Of a DNA stretch of 53,779 nt, positions 8,581 through 16,600 are shown one piece after another; position 1 is the stretch's first letter; each line of letters starts with the position of its first letter. The notes beneath the pieces are model-generated. The model saw only the letters and a program-made list of their open reading frames with translations. It did not search any database and was not told where the DNA came from. Position numbers and translations under genes: made by a program. This stretch comes from Gemmatimonadota bacterium (GTDB taxonomy: Bacteria > Gemmatimonadota > Gemmatimonadetes > Gemmatimonadales > GWC2-71-9). The stretch spans positions 1-53,779 of the forward strand of contig JBDHAB010000029.1 of the NCBI GenBank assembly GCA_039588295.1, read 5' to 3'.

Positions 8581-10179
8581 TTACGCCACCGGTCCGGCCG
8601 CACGCACCTCGTCTGCCACCGCGCTCGAGTAGCGTGCAAAGTTCTCTCTGAACATCGCTGCCAGCTTTGCGGCTTGAGTGTCGTAGTGAGCTTGATCCGC
8701 CCAGGTCCCTCGCGGGTCGAGCAGCTTCGCCGGTACCCCGGGGACCTCGCGTGGCACCTCCACTCCGAACACCGGGTCGCGACGAGTCGGCGTGTCGCGC
8801 AGGGTCCCGTCGAGGGCAGCACGGACCATCGCGCGAGTGAACGGCAGGTTCATTCGATGGCCCTCACCGTACGGGCCGCCAGTCCAGCCGGTGTTGAGCA
8901 ACCAGCACCGCACGTCGTGACGGTCGATCCGCTCTCCCAGCATCGTGGCATAGACATTCGGATGCCGTGGCAGGAACGGTGCTCCGAAACACGCGCTGAA
9001 CGTGGCCTGGGGCTCCGTGACGCCGCGTTCGGTACCGGCAACTTTGGCCGTATACCCGGAGAGGAAGTGATACATGGCCTGTTCGGGTGTGAGCCGTGCG
9101 AGCGGAGGTAGGACGCCGAACGCATCGGCCGTGAGGAACACGATGGATTCGGGATGGCCGGCCTGTCCTTCGGGAAGATGGTTGGGAATAAAATGGATGG
9201 GATACGACGCCCGCGTGTTCTCGGTGATGGAGTCGTCGTTCAGATCGACCTGCCGTGTCGCGGGATCGATCACAACGTTCTCCAGAATGGTCCCGAACAT
9301 CTGCGTCGTGGCATGGATCTCTGGTTCACCCTCGGCGGACAGCCGAATGATCTTCGCGTAGCAGCCACCCTCGAAATTGAACACACCGCGATCACTCCAC
9401 CCGTGCTCGTCGTCGCCGATCAGCGATCGAGTTGGATCGGCAGACAACGTGGTCTTTCCAGTGCCGGAGAGACCGAAGAACAACGCGACATTCCCGTCGG
9501 AGCCGACGTTGGCGGAGCAGTGCATCGGCAGGATGCCGCGCGCGGGATACAGATGGTTCAAGATCGTGAACATCGACTTCTTCATCTCGCCGGCGTAGCG
9601 CGTGCCGCCAATGAGCACGGTGCGTTCAGCGAAATTGACGACGATGAACGTACCCCCGCGTGTGGCGTGGCGAGCGGGATCCGCTTTCAAGTCAGGTGCG
9701 TGAAGCACCGTGAAGTCAGGCGTGAACCCCTCGAGTTCTTGGAGCCCCGGTCGGAGGAACATGTTGTGCACGAACAGCGTGTGCCACGCGTTGGGTGTGA
9801 TGAACCGGACCGCTGTCCGGTAGACTGGATCCGCCCCGGCGTACACGTCCCGCACGAACAGTTCTTGTTGACCGGCGAGATAGGACAGGACGTCGCGTTT
9901 GAGGAGTGCGTAGTGCTCCAGGTTCATCGGTTGGTTCACGTCGCCCCACCAAATCTCGTGTTCCGATTCGGGTTCTCGGACGATGAACTTGTCGTTCGGC
10001 GACCGCCCGGTATGCGGAGTCGTGATGGAGATGAACGGGCCCCGCGCGACGATCTGACCTTCCTGCCGTTTGACGGCGGACTCGTAAAGCGCTGCGGGGG
10101 CGAGATTCCACCACACCTGACCGCGGGGATCGAGGCCCGGTGCGATGAAAGCGCCGGAGCGTGGGACGGATGTGCTCAT
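8581..10179 (-). CDS. pckA: Phosphoenolpyruvate carboxykinase (ATP)
   Basis: [48 protein letters not shown] and ENTRASYP motifs. Start placed at MSTSVPRS. Confidence 0.96.
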   Translation of the reverse strand: MSTSVPRSGAFIAPGLDPRGQVWWNLAPAALYESAVKRQEGQIVARGPFISITTPHTGRSPNDKFIVREPESEHEIWWGDVNQPMNLEHYALLKRDVLSYLAGQQELFVRDVYAGADPVYRTAVRFITPNAWHTLFVHNMFLRPGLQELEGFTPDFTVLHAPDLKADPARHATRGGTFIVVNFAERTVLIGGTRYAGEMKKSMFTILNHLYPARGILPMHCSANVGSDGNVALFFGLSGTGKTTLSADPTRSLIGDDEHGWSDRGVFNFEGGCYAKIIRLSAEGEPEIHATTQMFGTILENVVIDPATRQVDLNDDSITENTRASYPIHFIPNHLPEGQAGHPESIVFLTADAFGVLPPLARLTPEQAMYHFLSGYTAKVAGTERGVTEPQATFSACFGAPFLPRHPNVYATMLGERIDRHDVRCWLLNTGWTGGPYGEGHRMNLPFTRAMVRAALDGTLRDTPTRRDPVFGVEVPREVPGVPAKLLDPRGTWADQAHYDTQAAKLAAMFRENFARYSSAVADEVRAAGPVA

Positions 10180-10332
10180 GATACCACGGCCGTTTCTCCT
10201 GCCTCGCCGAGGCGACGTGTCCGTGAGGGGCTGAGACCGACGTGACATGCCTCAGTCACGAAGTCCCACGAGTAGGGCGATAAAGGTAACACGTGACGAG
10301 CGCCGTGGAATCTCCGGGGCGCTCGGCTCTGG

Positions 10333-10995
10333 TTACGGAGGGGTACTGCTCCAAGGAAGGATATCTGAGGGAACATGGTACAGGGTCTGCACCGTCGCAC
10401 GGTCGCGGAGTGATGGAGTCGATACCTGGGGCTGCCCAAACATGAGATCCACAGGGTCGGCACTGTGTGCAAAGATGCCCAGCGAATGGCCGATTTCGTG
10501 CGTAGTGACACGTGCCAAACAGTTGACGATGTCACTCGGCTCGGGCCCGGAAAACCACCGCAACTCGATTTGCAGCCGCGATTCAAACTGTGGCTTGGCC
10601 AGACCCGCGTCGACTCTCGGGGGCACCAACGTGACCCCTTCGCAGACGATGCGAGGCGGGTCGTTCGTGAGCGGTGCGTCGGGCGGGGGAGAGCCGATCA
10701 ACTGGATCACCACGTCGGCAAGTGCCGAATCGAGCACTCGTTCACCGCGAAACTCGCCGTACAGGAACTGCTGCTGCCACGTGACGATGCCGCTCGCCAC
10801 GTATTCCGGAAGCTGTCCGACGGGCTCGACATAGTAGCGAACGGGGAGCGACGACGGTGGCCAGTGAAACACGGAGTCGGTCCCGGCCAGCCGAAATTCG
10901 TAGGGAGCCAGGCGCAGCGGCGTACCCGGTGTATCACAGGCTGTGAGCTGGACGGCAGCAGTCACGATCAGGAGCGCCGCACTAGGGCCGCGCAT
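10333..10995 (-). CDS. Matrixin-like (metzincin) zinc metalloprotease, lipoprotein
   Basis: Lipobox LTAC, HEIGHSLGIFAH zinc-binding motif, Met-turn DLM and D-x-x-T-x-x-x-LY tail. Confidence 0.85.
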   Translation of the reverse strand: MRGPSAALLIVTAAVQLTACDTPGTPLRLAPYEFRLAGTDSVFHWPPSSLPVRYYVEPVGQLPEYVASGIVTWQQQFLYGEFRGERVLDSALADVVIQLIGSPPPDAPLTNDPPRIVCEGVTLVPPRVDAGLAKPQFESRLQIELRWFSGPEPSDIVNCLARVTTHEIGHSLGIFAHSADPVDLMFGQPQVSTPSLRDRATVQTLYHVPSDILPWSSTPP

Positions 10996-11602
10996 CGGAC
11001 AGGCTCCTTCGGAAGGTCATCTCGATGCTGATCCGGTGGACGATGCGTTGACCAGTGACCCCGCTGGAGCGAAGCGCCTGCGTCCCGAATCGATGTGCAT
11101 CGTAGGCAATCTGCAACCCGATCGCCGTGCGGGCGCCGAACCGCCGCTCGGCGCGCACGGCGAGAGCGGCGGCGGCGAAGAGGGGAGCACCTTCCTGAAA
11201 CAGGGTTCCCACCTTGGCCTCGTCGCTCGGTGCGTACTTGATGGCGCCGATCGAGCCCTGCACCGACGCCCAGTCGTTGAGTTGGCGCCGCAGTCCCAAC
11301 GACCCACTCCACACCGTCATGGTCATGATACTGGTCTTCTCGTCTCCTTCACGGCGGGCGAGGTCGCCTCGCGTCCAGCGTACCCCAGCCAGCAGCTGCC
11401 ATGATGGGTCGAGCAGCGCTCCGATCGCGACGGTCGCGCTCGGCGCGATATCCGGTCTGACCGTGAGCTCCTGAACGATCGAGTCGCGAACGAGAATCGA
11501 GCTTCCGAGCGCCCCGAGGCCCACCTCGACGGCCACCTGCGCTACGGCTGCAGCTGGCATCGCGCCGACGAGGACCCCCACCAGGGCCGCCGTCGGTCTC
11601 AT
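10982..11602 (-). CDS. Secreted protein, probable small outer-membrane beta-barrel
   Basis: Signal peptide (AVA-Q) and alternating hydrophobic strands. The start overlaps the permease stop (ATGA). Confidence 0.65.
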   Translation of the reverse strand: MRPTAALVGVLVGAMPAAAVAQVAVEVGLGALGSSILVRDSIVQELTVRPDIAPSATVAIGALLDPSWQLLAGVRWTRGDLARREGDEKTSIMTMTVWSGSLGLRRQLNDWASVQGSIGAIKYAPSDEAKVGTLFQEGAPLFAAAALAVRAERRFGARTAIGLQIAYDAHRFGTQALRSSGVTGQRIVHRISIEMTFRRSLSDARP

Positions 11603-12441
11603 GCCACGCGCACCCGTATGACTCGCCGCAGTGCAAACGCCACGATGAGTGCGACGGCGAAGGCACAGACGACCACCGGTCCGGTGGGGAGGTCAACCTG
11701 GTACGACACGAAGAGTCCGAGGATCGTCGCCAACGTTCCCGTGCTCCAAGCGATCACGAGCATGCGACCCGGTGTGGAGGCGAAGAGGAACGCGATCACC
11801 GCGGGGATCACCAGAAAGCTGAATACCACGAGGACTCCGGCGATCGCTACCGAGGACGTTACGACCACACCAAACAGCGCGTAGAACAGGAAGTCCCACC
11901 ACGCGATCTTCCATTTCTCCTCACGCGCCCTGCGGGGCTCCAACGAGATCGTGAGAAACCGCTTGCGCAACAGCCAATGCACCCCGCCGATTGCGCCGTA
12001 CACGAGCGCGGTCTTGGCAATTGAGGGCCACGTGACCCACAGGAGACTGCCGGTCAACAATTGCTCGACGTGCTCCGAGCCGCGTGGTGCTTGTGCGGCC
12101 AGCAGTATGGTGCCGGCGGACGCCACGACGTACACGATCCCGATGATCGCCTCCTGGGGTATCCGGTCTTGCTCCATCCGCGTGATGCTGAATACTGCGG
12201 CAGCCACCAGGGTGGTACCCAATCCAATGAGATAGCCGGCCTCGGAGGATTGCAGGCCGAGCAGCGACCCGAGCGCATCTGCCAGTCCGAGCCCCGCAGC
12301 GGCCCATCCCAACGCGGCGACCTGAGCCAGCGCGAGATCGACGAAGATGACTCCTCGTGCGATGATGTGGATTCCCAGATAGCCATGGATGCCAACCAGG
12401 ATCAGCGAGGCCACGAGGGCCGGTAGCATCAATTCGAGCAT
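11599..12441 (-). CDS. Metal (Zn/Mn) ABC transporter permease, ABC-3 family
   Basis: GIHIIARGVIFVDLALAQVAALG, PQEAIIG, GVLVVFSFLVIPA and DLPTGP motifs; multiple TMs. Confidence 0.9.
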   Translation of the reverse strand: MLELMLPALVASLILVGIHGYLGIHIIARGVIFVDLALAQVAALGWAAAGLGLADALGSLLGLQSSEAGYLIGLGTTLVAAAVFSITRMEQDRIPQEAIIGIVYVVASAGTILLAAQAPRGSEHVEQLLTGSLLWVTWPSIAKTALVYGAIGGVHWLLRKRFLTISLEPRRAREEKWKIAWWDFLFYALFGVVVTSSVAIAGVLVVFSFLVIPAVIAFLFASTPGRMLVIAWSTGTLATILGLFVSYQVDLPTGPVVVCAFAVALIVAFALRRVIRVRVA

Positions 12442-12538
12442 ACGATATCCGTTGTGCTAAGACCCTCGAGGTCTCCCCGCCACCCCCGTGCGCTCGAGCA
12501 CCATGTGCATCACTCGATCGCCCGTCCGTACCGCGACG

Positions 12539-13636
12539 CTATTCGTTCGACGCCGGCTGACGGTATGCCTCCGCCAGCGCCGAGACCCACCGGTCCACCA
12601 GCGCAAAGTAATCGGTGACGGTATCCTCACCGTCGACGTGCTCGGGAACGATGACCGCCCTCGCCCCCGTACGGGAGGCCACACGCTCCACCTGCGATGC
12701 GTTGAAGTAGTTCGCCGCGAACACGACGGGGATGTCGGCCTCTCGGATGAAATCGATGACACGCCGCACGTGTCCCGGTGACGGTGGAATGCCGGGCTTG
12801 GGCTCGACGTACATCGCGCACTCCACTTGGAAGCGCGCGTTGAAGTAGGCCCAGTTCTTGTGGTAGCACACCATGCGCCGGCCGCGGAACGGCTCGGCCT
12901 GCGCGAGCCATCCGCCGAGATAGTCGGTGAGTGGCCGCTCTTCAAAGGTCTCGCTGCGCGCGAAATTCCAAAACCGGTGTGTACGCGCGAGGTCGAAGAG
13001 CGTTTCCTTGCCGAGCATCTCGACGATCCGATCGCCGAACAACCGTCGCATGACTTGATTCTCAAACTCCGTGAGATTGGCCCGATAGACCGCCGCGTTG
13101 CGGCTGTCCACCTGTTCGAGGCCCCCGACGATATTGCGGGCGATGATGATCGCGTTGATCGGGTCGGTATGGATGTGCGGATTGCCGAACACATGAATGT
13201 CCCCGCCAGACCGAGACACGTTCTGCGGGACATCGAGTAACGTGACACCGGCGTACGCGGCGACATGTCCCGATGCCCCCTCGAGCACCTGGGCATTGTT
13301 TGCTCGGTCGAGCAACACTGGCACCCAGAGTTCGAGATCCAGGCCTGTTGCCACGAACAGGTCTGCGCGCTGGAGCAGCGCGGCGAAGCTCGGTCGCGGG
13401 GTGACGAAGTGCGCATCCTCATCACCGCGTGCGATCGCGCGAATGTTCACCAACGGGCCAGCGACGTGCCGCGCGATGGCGGCATACGTGGGCAGCGTGG
13501 TGACCACGTTGATCTTGTCCTGCGCCGAGATTGGCGGTGCGAGGGCGGACCACAGTGCCGCTGCACCCCAAAGGGTCAGCCACGGGGAGGGCCCGCGTCG
13601 GCCATCCGTTCGCACACACGTGTTGCGGTGCATCAT
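12539..13636 (-). CDS. Metal (Zn/Mn) ABC transporter substrate-binding protein, ZnuA/TroA family
   Basis: Signal peptide; VVTT, DAHFV, GLDLELW, GDIHVFGNPHIHTDP, YHKNWAY and EPKPGIPPS motifs. GAGGA RBS before ATG at 13636. Confidence 0.92.
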   Translation of the reverse strand: MMHRNTCVRTDGRRGPSPWLTLWGAAALWSALAPPISAQDKINVVTTLPTYAAIARHVAGPLVNIRAIARGDEDAHFVTPRPSFAALLQRADLFVATGLDLELWVPVLLDRANNAQVLEGASGHVAAYAGVTLLDVPQNVSRSGGDIHVFGNPHIHTDPINAIIIARNIVGGLEQVDSRNAAVYRANLTEFENQVMRRLFGDRIVEMLGKETLFDLARTHRFWNFARSETFEERPLTDYLGGWLAQAEPFRGRRMVCYHKNWAYFNARFQVECAMYVEPKPGIPPSPGHVRRVIDFIREADIPVVFAANYFNASQVERVASRTGARAVIVPEHVDGEDTVTDYFALVDRWVSALAEAYRQPASNE

Positions 13637-13647
13637 AGTCGTCCTCT

Positions 13648-14958
13648 TCAATACGTCTCGTGCTTATGCGGCCCGATCGCCCACACGGCCTGCAGAAGCA
13701 GCGTGTGGTTGCTCTCGCCACCTTCCGGCCGCACGAAGTTGTACTGCAACCGCAACCGCACCCACTCGCTCTGCCACCAGCTGAGGCTTGGTGCCAGCTG
13801 CAGGATTCCGGTGTCGGTGCCGTAGCCTTCCACGTAATCGGCACGCACCCCGGCGATCCACCGGCGATTGAGCCGGAAACTGGCTTGCGCATACCCACCG
13901 TGACCGGACTCAGTGACGCCGTTCACTTCCTGTTCCGCGAAGTACCACTCGGACTTGAGCAGGAGTTCGCGGTACAACGCGCGGCCCGCCGGCGTCCAGC
14001 GGAAGGCGACGTCGATGCCGAGCAAACGCGAGTCCAGGAGCGCGTCGTCGTTCTCCCCGACGACGCCGGTTGCTCCGAATTGGACGAAGCTGTTGCCTCC
14101 ACCAACCTCCCAGAAGCTCTGGATCCGGCCGAGGTAACTCAGCTCGTTCCCGTCGGCGAAGAGGGCCTCGTTGTCACCGCGGGCGAGTTCGAAGGTTGCC
14201 GTCTGGGTCGATGGGCCGAGGCGCAGCGACGGAAACGTCACCGAGGCGCCCGCCTGAATGAGCCCGTCTTCGCCCAGGAACGTGACGGCTGCGAGCGGTC
14301 GGTCGACCTCCATCAGGGCATGGGTGTGCCACCGGTTGTAAAGACCGATTTCTTGGCGGAACTTGCCGACCTTGACGCCGAGCCTGCCGGGCAGACCCAC
14401 CCAATAGAGGTAGCCCTCCTCGATCGCGAACCCGCCGTGGGCCTCGCCTTCCGGGTCGTCCTCCGCGAAGCCGGCGATTGCAACATCCTCCTCGCGGGTC
14501 ACGAAGATCTTGGTCCGCGTGTACGGATCCAAGGCAGATTGAAACGAGAACTCGAACTCTCTCGGTACGGCAGTCACGTTGCTGGACTCACCTGCCGGCG
14601 CCACGAAGTTGCCCACGAAATCGCCGGTGACGCTGATCTCAGGGTTCAGAATACTGAGGTTCCGCGTGCGACTGTCCTGTCCTCCGACCGAGTCCGAAGC
14701 CGGAGGCCGCTCAGCCGCTGCCCGCCGGGCGGCGGCGCGAAGTGCTGCAAGCTCATCTCGTGCGGCCGCTGTGTCCTGACCTTCACGCGCGAGCCGTTGG
14801 ATGATCCGCTCGAGGGAGTCGACTCGCGCCTTGAGCCGCCGAAGTTCTCGCAGCACGGAGTCGGCAGGCTCCGCACGCTGCTGGGCTTCCAGCGGATGCA
14901 CCTCTGCACCGGCGACGATAATCCCACATGCGATGAGCGGCCCAAGTCGGGCAATCAT
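13648..14958 (-). CDS. Outer-membrane porin-type beta-barrel with N-terminal coiled coil and His-containing C-terminus (metal-uptake associated)
   Basis: Signal peptide, coiled coil, NPEISVTGD, DPY, EEGY, GKFR..G.YN.WH.H and C-terminal IGPHKHETY. GGGAG RBS before ATG at 14958. Confidence 0.8.
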   Translation of the reverse strand: MIARLGPLIACGIIVAGAEVHPLEAQQRAEPADSVLRELRRLKARVDSLERIIQRLAREGQDTAAARDELAALRAAARRAAAERPPASDSVGGQDSRTRNLSILNPEISVTGDFVGNFVAPAGESSNVTAVPREFEFSFQSALDPYTRTKIFVTREEDVAIAGFAEDDPEGEAHGGFAIEEGYLYWVGLPGRLGVKVGKFRQEIGLYNRWHTHALMEVDRPLAAVTFLGEDGLIQAGASVTFPSLRLGPSTQTATFELARGDNEALFADGNELSYLGRIQSFWEVGGGNSFVQFGATGVVGENDDALLDSRLLGIDVAFRWTPAGRALYRELLLKSEWYFAEQEVNGVTESGHGGYAQASFRLNRRWIAGVRADYVEGYGTDTGILQLAPSLSWWQSEWVRLRLQYNFVRPEGGESNHTLLLQAVWAIGPHKHETY

Positions 14959-15035
14959 GTCCGTGCTCCCAAAGTTCTCGTGACTGGTTACGGCTGGCTG
15001 TCCCCAATGATCGAACGGGGACCGTGCAATCGTGG

Positions 15036-15371
15036 CTAGCGCCAGGGCGGTGCTCGAACCGTGTTGGCGAGAACGCGGGGGATGCGCCGGAGCAAGGTCT
15101 GATCGGTGAGCGGTGCCTCCGATGAGACCGCGACCGACCAGGGGCGGGCGACGCGCTGGGACACGTCGGCGAGATGAACCGCCCCTGCCAGGGTGCACGC
15201 GGGTCCGGCATGGACCGTCGGGCAGTCCTTGGAGTGCTCCGATTCCAGGGCCGCAGTCGAGTCCAGTGTCTCGGTCTCGGCGTGCAGGATCCCAGTACCG
15301 GCGACGACGCCGGCGTAGGCGAGCATGGAGAGGATCCCGGTGATCCGCCGGAGGAACGGTGCATGCGGCAT
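15036..15371 (-). CDS. Leader peptide with N-terminal TM/signal segment, His/Cys cluster and C-terminal RAPP motif (DUF2946/CruR-like arrest peptide)
   Basis: 111 aa: MPHAPFLRR-ITGILSMLAYAGVVAGTGIL-HAE...EHSKDCPTVHAGPACTLA...LANTVRAPPWR*. RAPP codons at 15045-15056. Alternative ATG at 15389. Confidence 0.8.
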   Translation of the reverse strand: MPHAPFLRRITGILSMLAYAGVVAGTGILHAETETLDSTAALESEHSKDCPTVHAGPACTLAGAVHLADVSQRVARPWSVAVSSEAPLTDQTLLRRIPRVLANTVRAPPWR

Positions 15372-15411
15372 AGAGGTGGTGGATACCATCCGAGGGGCCT
15401 GAGGTTCCGTC

Positions 15412-16506
15412 CTACTGACGTACCATCTCGAGCAGCCTCTGGCCGACACGCTCGTTCGATAGCAATCCGCCAAACTGCTCGTTTCCGGGTCCGACAGCGA
15501 AGATCGGCACCAACGCCGCGGTGTGGCCACCCGTGGTATAGCGAAGCGTGGGAGCTCCGGTGCTATCGGTGTGCACCGCGAGCCCTCCGGTCTCGTGATC
15601 GCCGAGCACGACGATGAGCGTTTCCGGATGTCGGCGGCGATACGCTACGGCGACTTCAATCGCCTCATCGAAGGCTCGCATCTCGGCTGCGATGATGTCG
15701 AACGGTTCGTTATGGTGCGCCTGGGTATCGGTCTCCTCGTTCTCCACCATGAGGAAGAAGCCGTCAGGATCACGGTCCAGGATCTCCAACGCCGTTTGGG
15801 TCATTCCTGCGAGCGTGGGGGCGCGGGCGCCGGCGAGCGGCATATCGCGCTCGGAGAAGAGTCCGAGCAGCGTACTGACGGTGTCGAGGCTCAGCGAAGT
15901 GAGTTCTGCGGCCGACTCGACATAGGTGTAGCGTGCTCTGAGCTGCGCAAGCACGCTTTCCGTGGTGTCGGTGCTTGCCAGCCGGAAGAAGCTGCGCCCA
16001 CCGCCCATGAGCACGGTGATGTCGTGCCGCGCCATTTGCCGGGCGACCTCGAGGTGGTCGCGAGCGGGATAGTGCGTGCAGAAAGCAGCCGGTGTAGCAT
16101 CCGTCAGTGCGGTCGTCGTAATGAGTCCCGAGGCCATGCCCCGTTCCATCCCTACCTCGAGCACGGTCGGACGTGGCTGCGAATCCGGACCCAGGCCCAA
16201 CGCTCGCATGACTGTTCGCGTTCCAGTAGCATAGGCAGTCGCAGCTGGCGCGCTACCCGTCACGAGATGGTTCGAGCCCCTGGTATCGACGAGACCGAAC
16301 GCCTCGAAATCGTCGACCGCGAGTCGTCCGATGGCGACTCGCGCAACGGTCCAGTGCCCCAACCCGGCGCCGTCGGCGACGAACAGAATGATGCGCGGAG
16401 GGGTATCGGAGTTCGGGGCTGATACCGGGGTTCCCGACGAGGACGTGCAACTTGCGATCAGGCAGGCCAGGACGGTTGCGCCCGGCAGCACGGAGCGTTT
16501 CTTCAT
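15412..16506 (-). CDS. Alkaline phosphatase (PhoA family), lipoprotein
   Basis: Lipobox IASC. ADG, GSAPAATA (catalytic Ser), DATPA, VE...D..AH, GDHETGG and GHT metal ligands are retained. Confidence 0.9.
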   Translation of the reverse strand: MKKRSVLPGATVLACLIASCTSSSGTPVSAPNSDTPPRIILFVADGAGLGHWTVARVAIGRLAVDDFEAFGLVDTRGSNHLVTGSAPAATAYATGTRTVMRALGLGPDSQPRPTVLEVGMERGMASGLITTTALTDATPAAFCTHYPARDHLEVARQMARHDITVLMGGGRSFFRLASTDTTESVLAQLRARYTYVESAAELTSLSLDTVSTLLGLFSERDMPLAGARAPTLAGMTQTALEILDRDPDGFFLMVENEETDTQAHHNEPFDIIAAEMRAFDEAIEVAVAYRRRHPETLIVVLGDHETGGLAVHTDSTGAPTLRYTTGGHTAALVPIFAVGPGNEQFGGLLSNERVGQRLLEMVRQ

Positions 16507-16600
16507 GTCAGTGCCCTGGATGTTTGAGGTAGATCACCTTACTGTCCAGCCCTCGATCGGTGGAGTCTGGTGCTCCGCCCGCCACCCAGCGGAGGTAGGA

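Noticed and set aside
13648..14958. Calling the barrel a TonB-dependent receptor
   Set aside because: Too short, no plug or TonB box visible, and no tonB/exbBD nearby.
14959..15198. 80-aa N-terminal extension of the porin ORF in the ORF track
   Set aside because: It would bury the signal peptide and overlap the RAPP leader. The ATG at 14958 has an SD and begins a proper signal sequence.
15372..15411. Zur/Fur box or metal riboswitch upstream of the metal operon
   Set aside because: Only a short TGGT-GGAT-ACCA dyad is present. There is no AT-rich Zur/Fur-like palindrome and too little space for a yybP or NiCo riboswitch.
16507..16600. Pho box between the alkaline phosphatase and surE
   Set aside because: No 11-bp-period CTGTCAT-type direct repeats, only a weak AGGT-N5-ACCT dyad.
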